Shown: positions 48,469 to 57,140 of the stretch, one piece after another | Numbering within the stretch: the stretch's first letter is position 1 | Layout of the letters: each line of letters begins with the position of its first letter | IMG/VR virus record: IMGVR_UViG_3300036828_000746 | Coordinates: 1 to 60,394 of that record | Length of the DNA: 60,394 bases | Direction: 5' to 3' (one strand) | Source: a virus | Taxonomy: Duplodnaviria; Caudoviricetes | The notes under the pieces: model-generated | What the model saw: only the letters and a program-made list of their open reading frames with translations | Told to the model about the DNA's origin: nothing | Databases searched by the model: none | Program-made: the position numbers and the translations under genes

Positions 48469-49144
48469 TACTTAGCAGCTTCGCGGGCACGTTCGTTCGT
48501 GGCGTTGACCATCTTCGTCACCGACGACAACCACAACATGTAGTCGGGACTGTCGTTGGAGAATAGGTGCCACGAGTCGAATCCTATTTGGAGAACAGCA
48601 GCGTTGTGCGCCAGGAGCGTTACTTCGTCGCCGGAAAATCCCGCTCAAGCTCGCGGTCCATGTCCATCCGCTGACCTCCCATCCATTCCTGCCAATCGTT
48701 CCACAGCAGCGGGATCGCCTCTGCGCCGAGAAGCGCGAGCAATGCCTGGCGTGGCGTCGCATCGTCGCGAAGGTCATCGGCAAGGACAAGCTCAGCGAGC
48801 GAATTCCACGAGTAGTCCTTCGGGATGCCTTCCTCGTCGTCCGACGACCTGAGTTCGTAGAACCCGACCGTCGCCGCAAGGATCGCATCACAAGCAGTGT
48901 AGAGTTCCTTCAACGCTGCGTTCCGCTGTCGCTTGTTGCGCTCGAACAGCGCACGCTGCCCCTCGTACCCGATCACACGCAGTTCAACCGCGCACATCGA
49001 CTCGAAGCGCGGCAACGGGAACTTCTCAGAGACGAGGCTTTCGATCTCCTCCCGGCGGACACGCATCCGCGCTTCCAGCGATTGGTTGAGATCGTCTTCA
49101 ACCGAGAACCCATCTGACCTGACCTGTTCGTCGTGCGTTGACAC
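48468..49144 (-). CDS. Tail assembly chaperone (48620-49144) with predicted -1 frameshift extension to 48468
   Basis: G GAT TTT at 48641-48635 just before the stop; the -1 frame is open for 55 codons and ends in TAA overlapping the tape measure ATG. Confidence 0.8.
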
Positions 49145-49167
49145 GACATCACCTCACTTATCGGATG

Positions 49168-49260
49168 TTATGTGCCCCAACCGTTGAAATAGCCCAGCAC
49201 GACGAATACCGCGATAACAAGCCACGCGATCTCGCCGACTGTGACTGAGCGGTAATTCAT
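49168..49260 (-). CDS. 30-aa single-pass membrane peptide
   Basis: MNYRSVTVGEIAWLVIAVFVVLGYFNGWGT; ATG abuts the tube stop (TAAATG). Confidence 0.45.
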   Translation of the reverse strand: MNYRSVTVGEIAWLVIAVFVVLGYFNGWGT

Positions 49261-49677
49261 TTACGCCGCCGTCTCGTTGCAGGACATGATGAACTGGTAC
49301 ATACCCACCGCGTTCGACGTGTGGTTAGCGCCGGGTTCGGAGAACTCCTTGACCCGCCCAACACGTGTGAACGTCGACTTCGGGATGGGCTTCTTCGTGA
49401 TGAGGTCGAGCCACGTCACTTGGACCTCACAAGGATGGTTGATCAGGTTCTCGTTCTTACGGTGATGCGCTGACACGATATCGGTGAGCTGTGTTGTCAC
49501 CGTCAGGTCGGAACGCGTACCCGGGCCGCCACACGTCACCTCAGCACCCATGCCCCCAGGCCGCGTCTTCGCGTCGGTCGTAGCCAGCACGCCGCCAGCA
49601 GCAGTCGCCCACTTGTCGAAGACCTTTTTGCCATCCACCTTGACGTAGATGTTTGCTTGCCACTCCTCAACGTACAT
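49261..49677 (-). CDS. Tail tube protein
   Basis: 138 aa directly after sheath; W....GG......K.RPGGM...GG..T..DLTV. Confidence 0.8.
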   Translation of the reverse strand: MYVEEWQANIYVKVDGKKVFDKWATAAGGVLATTDAKTRPGGMGAEVTCGGPGTRSDLTVTTQLTDIVSAHHRKNENLINHPCEVQVTWLDLITKKPIPKSTFTRVGRVKEFSEPGANHTSNAVGMYQFIMSCNETAA

Positions 49678-49687
49678 GACTTGTCTC

Positions 49688-50812
49688 CTATGTTAGGCTC
49701 CCGCCGATCGGCACGGTCACAAGGTCGATTTGGACGGACTTCGCGTGCATCGAGAACACGACATCAGCAGTCGCAGTCAGGATCCCCTGAGCGACGTTCT
49801 GCAATTGTTCGACCACCACGACGCTGTAGGCGTCGTCTGACGTGTCACCGTACAAGCCGTCCGCCGTCCACAACGCGAGGCACTCAGCGTCAAGGTCCGC
49901 CTTGAGCGATTCGGCAGTATGCCCTTGCCCGTCGATCGGAGCGAACATGTACTCCTGCCCGCGAATCTGACAACGATCCTTGAGGTACATCCTCGCCCGC
50001 GAGCAGTTGAACTGCCAGAATGGGTTGACGGCGTAATCCGCCTCCGGGATGTCCGTCTGGAACCCATAATTCTGGAGAATGTCGTACACGTTGGCGAACG
50101 CGTTGACACCCGCCGCGAACAACGCCGCACGCTCCGCGTCCGTTGCGTCGTAAAACGAAGTCACGTACTGCAGCGGCCAATACGGGCCGGCAGCAGCACG
50201 ATTCGGATTGCCCGCTATGTCAATGCGGTTGCACAGCGCGGCGATGACGACAGACGCAGGAACTTCGCGAGGACCCACGCCGAACACGCCGGCAGGACCC
50301 GGTACCGTCACCCAAGGCCCGAACGTTGCCCCGAGGTCGTCGTTGAGTGGCGCCAGTTTGCCTTTCGCTTCCATCGCTGCTGGCATGTCCGTTGCCCCGA
50401 CATCACGCAACGCGACCCGGTTGCAATTTTGGCAAACTGACTGCATGTCCGAATAAAGCATCGCATCGTAGGTGAGCGCTGGGCCAACCACAGTCACCTG
50501 TCCAGGACCAAGACGAGGATCATTGAGCAGTTGCAAACCCTCATCATAGGTCGAACCCGTGTACCCACCGAAGTACACGTGGTTGCCACCCTCGCGGAAG
50601 AACACATCGAGCGCGTCCCACGTTGGCGCGTTTGCCGCGACTGAACGATCAGACACAGCACCCTCGAAGTCAGCAAGTTGCGACAATTCGAGAACGGTTG
50701 TTGGTGTAGGCGTCGCCGGACCCGCGAGGAACATTGTGCCCGAGCGTGTTTGCGGGCCCGCGGCGGGTGTTGCCACGCTGGTGTTGACCTGGACGCCGAA
50801 GCTCATGTTCAA
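49688..50812 (-). CDS. Contractile tail sheath protein (compact)
   Basis: FFREGG..VY, NRVALRD, FGPWV.V, VPAS..IAAL, AAAG, L...GVN, F.PIDG motifs. Confidence 0.88.
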   Translation of the reverse strand: MNMSFGVQVNTSVATPAAGPQTRSGTMFLAGPATPTPTTVLELSQLADFEGAVSDRSVAANAPTWDALDVFFREGGNHVYFGGYTGSTYDEGLQLLNDPRLGPGQVTVVGPALTYDAMLYSDMQSVCQNCNRVALRDVGATDMPAAMEAKGKLAPLNDDLGATFGPWVTVPGPAGVFGVGPREVPASVVIAALCNRIDIAGNPNRAAAGPYWPLQYVTSFYDATDAERAALFAAGVNAFANVYDILQNYGFQTDIPEADYAVNPFWQFNCSRARMYLKDRCQIRGQEYMFAPIDGQGHTAESLKADLDAECLALWTADGLYGDTSDDAYSVVVVEQLQNVAQGILTATADVVFSMHAKSVQIDLVTVPIGGSLT

Positions 50813-51456
50813 TCCTCCGTTATAGACGTAGTTCCTTCGACATCAGTCGATACCTGCACGACTTCAGCGAGATCAGAATATGGTGTCGCGTTGGGGATAA
50901 GAGGCCCGCCACCTGACCATGAAGCAGCAACGTCTCCGAACACAACCCACTGACTGATGCCGGCAGCGAGGTAACGCCCCTTGCCAGTCGCATCGGGCAA
51001 CGGCGCCACGTTTGAACTCATCCAGCGACACCGCTTGGATTGAATCGCCTCGATGGCACCTTGCTGGATGAGCAACCGACGAACCGACCCCTCAAACAAC
51101 GCCGCGTTTCTACGTGCCTCCGCTGGCCGTGTCCCCCTGCCTCGAAGGATGCAAGACACGGTCATCTTCCAGTTCGTGATGTAACTAAAGTCATTCGTGA
51201 TCTCAGGAGGATTCGCCGTCGCTGCTGTCGTCACGATCACTGCCGGCAACGTGTGGTCGAGGAACTCAGCAGAATCGAGCGTGTTGGCGTACGCTTCAAG
51301 TTTCGGGCGCGGGAGGTACCCTGCGCCGAGTTCGCGTTCAATCTCGATCTGATCGAGGTACGTCGGAAGCCATTCCTGCAGCGTTGCGATAACTGCCTCG
51401 TCCACGTCAACCGTAGTGACGAGGGGCCCAAACTCAGCGATCGCAAACCCGGTCAT
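50809..51456 (-). CDS. Tail terminator-like protein
   Basis: Position between neck and sheath; LPAVIV motif. Confidence 0.6.
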   Translation of the reverse strand: MTGFAIAEFGPLVTTVDVDEAVIATLQEWLPTYLDQIEIERELGAGYLPRPKLEAYANTLDSAEFLDHTLPAVIVTTAATANPPEITNDFSYITNWKMTVSCILRGRGTRPAEARRNAALFEGSVRRLLIQQGAIEAIQSKRCRWMSSNVAPLPDATGKGRYLAAGISQWVVFGDVAASWSGGGPLIPNATPYSDLAEVVQVSTDVEGTTSITED

Positions 51457-51878
51457 AGCGCCGCCAAGGAGATGAGCGTGTCTTCGACGCCGCCTGAGAC
51501 GATGTACCGCGCGACCGCTTCTGCTGCTGCACCGTGCGCGACCTCATCGGACATTTTGAGGATCGCTGACGGAGGACCGTGCAGACCTGTGCCTGTCGTG
51601 CCTTGGAAAATCCCGTACCATACCTTAGACCCGAATATCGCCTCCTCACCGTGCGCCTCGCGCAACGCGTCAGTCGCCTCTGGTTGCGTGAGCGATGCCT
51701 TGAGTGCTCCGGTGTCAACGTACTTGCCGCCGTACTCACCGAAGATCGCTCGCTCATCCGCCTCCATCACAGGAAACACTTTCTGCATACCTGGCGCGGG
51801 ATCGAGCGCGTGCCGAGCGCGTCGTTCGTAGTTTGCGATCGCTTCTCGCGCGCCGACGACCTCGAACCACTCAGCCAT
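51453..51878 (-). CDS. Neck / virion morphogenesis protein (HK97 gp10- or Mu gpG-like)
   Basis: VDTGALKASLT...FGSKVWYGIF. Confidence 0.7.
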   Translation of the reverse strand: MAEWFEVVGAREAIANYERRARHALDPAPGMQKVFPVMEADERAIFGEYGGKYVDTGALKASLTQPEATDALREAHGEEAIFGSKVWYGIFQGTTGTGLHGPPSAILKMSDEVAHGAAAEAVARYIVSGGVEDTLISLAAL

Positions 51879-51983
51879 GATGTGCTACCCCGCTCAGCCG
51901 GGCGCTAACGGGAATCCAAACAAGGGTGCCTAGGATTCGATGGACTCGAGATCCTTGGCGCTTAGCGCCCCTTAGACCGCGTC

Positions 51984-52748
51984 TCACGGGATCGCCCCCG
52001 GATTCCACCCAACACGTTGCCAAGGTTCGCGGCGTTCGGTGAATGGCGGTTCCATACGTTGCAGCATTCGCCATTGCTTCAAGTCGTACTCGATCTGACC
52101 TTGAAGCGCCGTGAGCGATGTGGTGTACAACGTCCGCCATACCGACATCGCGCCTTCAGTCGAAACCTGCTCCCGGAAGTACGATCCTTCGAGGAGGATA
52201 GCGGTGTAGAGGCAAACGAGGTGTTGGACGTCAGGATAGTACCTCGTTGGGAACGCCGCGCGGAGTGACCCACATACAGCAGGCACAGCTTGTTCAATGA
52301 GGTTCTCAACCTCCACATTCGTCGGGCGGGTACCCGAGTCGAACGTAAAGACCTCATCACCACTATCCTCGATCGTTCTCGTCCGCTCAAGCGACGCAAC
52401 CTGGTCAACCGTTGGCACGACCTGCGCAGGATCAAGCGGGGGAAAATCAGGCACAACGCCTGCCGGTTGCACAATCGACACCGGCACAACAGTGAGCGGG
52501 AGCGGTTCCCGGAATGACGGAGGATCATCAGGCGTCATCCAGTACAAGAGATAATCTCCTGGGCCTGGTGGGTCGATGACGCCATCACATACGACCGTCC
52601 ACACACCACCGGACAACGTCGCGTCCGACCACGGCGAAATGATCGCCCCGGTGATCGGCACCTCAACTCGTGCGCCCATGCGATCGTAACTCCCCGCTGG
52701 GTCGATGAGCTGCGACGTGATGTCTTGTCCGATCTGTACCTGCATCAC
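51984..52748 (-). CDS. Head-tail adaptor with extra N-terminal Ig-like domain
   Basis: PTVDQVA.L.RTRT...F...TRPT..EVE.LI.QA...LLEGSYF.EQ adaptor-like region; N-terminal beta-rich PGDYLLYW. Confidence 0.65.
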   Translation of the reverse strand: MMQVQIGQDITSQLIDPAGSYDRMGARVEVPITGAIISPWSDATLSGGVWTVVCDGVIDPPGPGDYLLYWMTPDDPPSFREPLPLTVVPVSIVQPAGVVPDFPPLDPAQVVPTVDQVASLERTRTIEDSGDEVFTFDSGTRPTNVEVENLIEQAVPAVCGSLRAAFPTRYYPDVQHLVCLYTAILLEGSYFREQVSTEGAMSVWRTLYTTSLTALQGQIEYDLKQWRMLQRMEPPFTERREPWQRVGWNPGAIP

Positions 52749-53074
52749 TTTCCTTCAAGCGCCGCCAAGATGTCCGCTTTCTTCGCATCAGGCGTGACCA
52801 TGATGCCCCGATCTGACGCTGCCTCCTTGAGTTCAGGCAACGTCATCGTCCCGTAGTCAGGAGGCGCCGCGGGCATGTTCACATCGGGCCTGATCGCGGG
52901 AGGGTGCGTGCCCCCGCCAAGAACGAAGTTGCCTTGATTGGCGACCTCCTCGACATCTGCCGCATCGACGTTGTAGTGAGGAGGAACGAGCGCGCCTGCC
53001 TTCACCTGGCGCCTGACCTCAACGCCGTAGATTGGTTCCATTGCAAACGTATCCCGAATTGCTCTGAGTGGCAT
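52745..53074 (-). CDS. Capsid-adjacent protein with C-terminal Rho-N/HeH-like motif
   Basis: YGTMTLPELKEAA.DRGI.....AKKADILAAL. Confidence 0.6.
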   Translation of the reverse strand: MPLRAIRDTFAMEPIYGVEVRRQVKAGALVPPHYNVDAADVEEVANQGNFVLGGGTHPPAIRPDVNMPAAPPDYGTMTLPELKEAASDRGIMVTPDAKKADILAALEGK

Positions 53075-53104
53075 TCTCGTTCCTCCTTCACTCGACCTTG
53101 TTTG

Positions 53105-54439
53105 TTACCCCTGCGCTGCGATGGCGAACGCTGACGGACGCCACACGGCGAAGGCAACACGTGTCTCAGCAAGAACCGTAATCCGGTTCCTCACGAAGTC
53201 ATCCTGGTCACTGTCGGACGTCTTCACGTTGACGCCCTCGCGAACCAGCAACGTGCAACCCATCGAGTCGCCGACGAGCGGGTTTGCCTGCGGGATAATC
53301 ACCGACGTTACGATCGGGAGGCCCCAAATCGTCTGCGCAACCACACCGCCAGGCAACTGACCCGGCGCGCCGTAGATGTAGTTCCCTTGAGTGTTCTTCA
53401 ACAACATGAGATCCTGCCACGTGAGCGGGTTCATCGCCACGAAGTTGGGCTCATTGAAGGACAAAATGACGGCGGTCATGGCGCGAAGCAGCGCGTCAGC
53501 CGGTGTGTCGCCACCCACGAGTGCAGGTTTTGCCACTCCCGTCGTGTTGTAGATGCCTGTCAGGTTCATGCCCGTGCCGTCGCCGGCAAGGATCTGAGCC
53601 ATGACTGCGCGCCGCACGTCATACGGGAGCAGCGTGTTGATCAGCGTAGACAGACCTGCAACGTCATCGAGCGATTGCCGTGAGGACTTGATCCAACCTG
53701 CGATGGTCCGGACAGGCGCCGTCGCGTCAACGGCGGTGATGCCTTCCTGCGGCTTCAGGACTGCCTCATCCACAGGCGCTGCAGAACCTGGGATTGCCGT
53801 AATTTGGACGTACTCGACCACGTTTGAATCTGTGGTTCCCGTTGGAATCAGGTCGAGTAGGTTTAGCGGCATGAGTTTTGGGGGCACGATCCCCCGGTAG
53901 TCAGGCGGGACGATCCACGCCGTGCTGGTTGTCGTCACGCCACCAGCAGGCGCCGCCGGCAAACCTGCTGCGAGGAAGCGCGCTGCGTCGTCGCGGGTCG
54001 CGATCTCCCCAAGGTTGATCGTGCCGAACTGATTGTGGGAATGCCACACGCCGATGGAACGTGAGCGTGCGTACTCCTCCGAACGAGCGAGCAACGTTTG
54101 CCCACTCCACGCAGACGGGGGCGTCACCCGTTCGCCTTGAGGACCGTGTCCGTTCTCATTCGGGAGCACCTCGCCCAAAAGGCCAAGGATTCCCGACTCG
54201 GCGTTGCGGAGTTCGTTGATCTCGTCGTCAATCGTCCCGAGTTCCCGCACTGCCTGCTCGGCATTGATGAACTCCGGGACTTCTGTGAGCTTGCGCCCCG
54301 TGGTTTCGGTACCTGCGAACGCGTCCCGTGCCGCGTCCCTTTCCTTCTTTGCCTGCGCCCGTCGATCCCGTGCACTGCTCAGTTGATCGCGGACTTCCTT
54401 GAGGCGGTCACGGATCTGAGCGTCTGCTGTTGATGGCAT
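53105..54439 (-). CDS. Major capsid protein, HK97 fold with N-terminal delta (scaffold) domain
   Basis: Coiled-coil N-terminus; V.E...KP, VRTIAGWI..SRQ.LDD, ILAGDG.G.NLTGI, MNP.TW..L...K...G.YI, F.RN...VLAE.R...V.RP.AF. Confidence 0.95.
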   Translation of the reverse strand: MPSTADAQIRDRLKEVRDQLSSARDRRAQAKKERDAARDAFAGTETTGRKLTEVPEFINAEQAVRELGTIDDEINELRNAESGILGLLGEVLPNENGHGPQGERVTPPSAWSGQTLLARSEEYARSRSIGVWHSHNQFGTINLGEIATRDDAARFLAAGLPAAPAGGVTTTSTAWIVPPDYRGIVPPKLMPLNLLDLIPTGTTDSNVVEYVQITAIPGSAAPVDEAVLKPQEGITAVDATAPVRTIAGWIKSSRQSLDDVAGLSTLINTLLPYDVRRAVMAQILAGDGTGMNLTGIYNTTGVAKPALVGGDTPADALLRAMTAVILSFNEPNFVAMNPLTWQDLMLLKNTQGNYIYGAPGQLPGGVVAQTIWGLPIVTSVIIPQANPLVGDSMGCTLLVREGVNVKTSDSDQDDFVRNRITVLAETRVAFAVWRPSAFAIAAQG

Positions 54440-54462
54440 CGCTGGCGTTCCTCCTTCATGTG

Positions 54463-55476
54463 CTAGTGGTTCATACCGAGTGCCGCCAGCGTGTCCAGCA
54501 CACGGTTCCGCTCATCGGGAGAATATGTCGCTTCTTCTTGCGACTCTTCGCCGTCATCCTGCGTGTCCTCCAACTCCTCGGCCTCGTCGTCGTCTTCCGA
54601 CAACGAGCGCCACGAGGAACGAGGAGACGACGCTGATAATCCCTCGCCCTTCACAGCGCGAGCCACTGCACTTGGCAACGTCTCGACACGATCAGCCAGA
54701 CCCGCGTCGACTGCACGCTTCGCCGTCAACGTGCGGCCTTCACCAAACCCATTCCGAACATCCGAAGTTGAAACACCTCGGCCTCGCGCAACATCCCGAG
54801 TAAACATCGAGTAGTAGTCGTTCACCGCCTCCTGTAGACCTTCGACTGCATCGGACGACAACGCTTCGTAAGGGTTCCCCTCCGTCTTACGCTTGCCAGC
54901 AGACACGATCGTTGGTTTCACTCCTGCCTTTGCGTGAGCTTCAGACAGGTCTTTGTGGACGGAATATACGCCGATCGACCCTGCCTCACCCGAAGGCGTG
55001 ACCGACAGTTCGGTTCCTTGTGATGCAAGCCAGTACGCGGCAGACGCAGCGAGCGTGTTCGCAACAGCAATGACTGGTTTCTTCGCCGCTGCTTGCCTGA
55101 TCTCCTGCGCCGCCTCCGGGATGTGGTCGACAAGGCCCCCCGGCGAGTCGATGTCGAGGACAATGTGAGAAACCTCGGGACTCACCGTCGCCTTTTGCAG
55201 ATCAGAACGGAAGGAATTGAGAGACGATCCCATGCCGAACAGCATGGCAAGCAACGATGCCGATGGCGTCAGGACACCCTTGAGCGGAATCGTTGCAACA
55301 CTACCTCCGTCCCTCGCCGGCGTGACTGAAAGTTCTCGTGCCTCCAGTTCCCGTGCCTCCATCGAGTACGCACGCAGCGTCTCAAGTTCGTCCTCCGAAA
55401 GAGGACGCTCCTGAAAGACAGCGAGACATTCGAGGAGTTCAGGACGAATTGCCCAAATATGCCCCGCTGTTTCCAT
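54463..55476 (-). CDS. S49-family prohead protease
   Basis: LDIDSPGG, AASAAYWLAS, GSIGV, SAGKRK.EGNPY, F..DVARGRG. Confidence 0.92.
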   Translation of the reverse strand: METAGHIWAIRPELLECLAVFQERPLSEDELETLRAYSMEARELEARELSVTPARDGGSVATIPLKGVLTPSASLLAMLFGMGSSLNSFRSDLQKATVSPEVSHIVLDIDSPGGLVDHIPEAAQEIRQAAAKKPVIAVANTLAASAAYWLASQGTELSVTPSGEAGSIGVYSVHKDLSEAHAKAGVKPTIVSAGKRKTEGNPYEALSSDAVEGLQEAVNDYYSMFTRDVARGRGVSTSDVRNGFGEGRTLTAKRAVDAGLADRVETLPSAVARAVKGEGLSASSPRSSWRSLSEDDDEAEELEDTQDDGEESQEEATYSPDERNRVLDTLAALGMNH

Positions 55477-55575
55477 GAAAACTCCTAATTGTTGATGTAC
55501 GGGCGGTTGTGCCGCACGCTAAGCGGTTTCGAGGACCTGGTCCATCGGATTGCATGGACCCCGGGGCAATGAAGC

Positions 55576-57108
55576 TTAGACGGGCGCATATTCGTCCTCC
55601 TCAACGCTGCTCGGGACCCACAACTTCTTCGACGTGGGAGGTACCTGCTCAGGAGGCGCCGGTTGACCCGGGATACCACCTGGCCCGCCAAGGCCTGGCG
55701 TCGCCATCGGAATCGGAGGCGTGCCCACAGGAGCAAGGTTGTTGAACGGGAGGTAGAAGTCATCCATGCCGTCTAGCGACGATCGCTGGTAGTTCAACAC
55801 GTCGCGCCCCTCGTTCGGCGTCATCAGCGCTGTAGCGATCGCGTCCCTGACTGATTGGATTTCCTGGAGACGATCGCCACGCAGCACGCCGGCAAAGTCG
55901 AACTCGCAGAATATATCGTCCTCTCGCAGAAGCGCCCGGATGATCTGAGCATTGATCACCTGCTCGATCATTATGAGCGGGGGACCGAGGCAATCCGTGT
56001 ATGTCATCTCCCGCTGCGTCTCGATATTCGAGTACGTTGCTCGATCCATAATTCCAAGCATCGGAGGCGGGATCATGTAGACGCCGGCAACCTCCTCGCG
56101 AGTGATCTTGCGCTGGTCGATGAGTTCCGCCTCAACCGCTGAGTGCCCGATCATTTTCCAGTCGAGGCCTGGAGGCAACAGCGCAGGACGCCCCGCGTTC
56201 TCGGGCAGCGTGTATATCTCCTGAATGTCCTGCCGCAACTGCGCCATGATTTCTTGTCGCTCCGACCGGTCAAGTCCCAAGAAATCATCTGACGCAGTCA
56301 CGGCAGATGGTGGGCGAGCAGCATTGAGAAAGATCGCTTCCTGGTAACGTTGTGCAGCGTCCTCGATCCGCAGCGTCGTCCCGAGCATTTGCAACGGCGA
56401 ACACCCGATGGGTCCCTGCGGCGACCACCACGCACAATGGAGGCAGTCGTCGGGAGACACCTCACGGCGGTAATTCGTGTCGTCGATGTTGAAGGTCCAT
56501 CCGTCGATTGTGTCCCGGAACGGCATCATCGGCACGGTGAAGCGCCAATCCTGCGGGTAGAACTGAATCGAGTCGTTACTCCCGTTGAGGATCTCGGTCA
56601 CGCTGTTGCCATGCACGAGTACAGGCCCAAGCAGCGCTTGGATCAGTTGGGCCTGATACCCGCGCTCCCAAGGCGATTCGAGAGCAGTTGCCAGGGGATG
56701 TTCTCCCGTACGCAAGCGAATCCGCGAGTTCTCATCATCGCCTTCTCCTACTCGCCTGTACATCTTGAGCGGCACCCTCACCGCCCAAGTGAGCATGCGC
56801 ATCACCGCCGCCGCAACCCAAGGTTGAGACATGAACAGACGAGAGAAGGAGATGATTCGTCCACCGATCAACCACAACGCGGTCGGATACGCGGGGTAGA
56901 AAGAGGACGTGTAGTTCAAGTTGCCACGACCAGGCGCGATCTCGACAACTCCACCGTAGGTGAGGTCAGGCGTGGGCCACGCAACTTGCGGGCCACCGTA
57001 CTGCGCCTCATACTGGGCAGATGCGTGCTCTGTCGTAGGCTTCACGCGCGTTGCGCGTTGCTGCTCAAGGCGGGTGATGCGCTGATCTCGTTGGGCAGGC
57101 GTTTCCAT
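55576..57108 (-). CDS. Portal protein (HK97 family)
   Basis: HPL...L..P, LVHGN, G.SPL, F.NAARP, NAG.PALL..GLDW, E.AGVY.IPP.MLG....TYSNIE, MTPNE.R. Confidence 0.95.
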   Translation of the reverse strand: METPAQRDQRITRLEQQRATRVKPTTEHASAQYEAQYGGPQVAWPTPDLTYGGVVEIAPGRGNLNYTSSFYPAYPTALWLIGGRIISFSRLFMSQPWVAAAVMRMLTWAVRVPLKMYRRVGEGDDENSRIRLRTGEHPLATALESPWERGYQAQLIQALLGPVLVHGNSVTEILNGSNDSIQFYPQDWRFTVPMMPFRDTIDGWTFNIDDTNYRREVSPDDCLHCAWWSPQGPIGCSPLQMLGTTLRIEDAAQRYQEAIFLNAARPPSAVTASDDFLGLDRSERQEIMAQLRQDIQEIYTLPENAGRPALLPPGLDWKMIGHSAVEAELIDQRKITREEVAGVYMIPPPMLGIMDRATYSNIETQREMTYTDCLGPPLIMIEQVINAQIIRALLREDDIFCEFDFAGVLRGDRLQEIQSVRDAIATALMTPNEGRDVLNYQRSSLDGMDDFYLPFNNLAPVGTPPIPMATPGLGGPGGIPGQPAPPEQVPPTSKKLWVPSSVEEDEYAPV

Positions 57109-57140
57109 CGCGATCGCCTCGTTATATCACCTGCAAGGAC

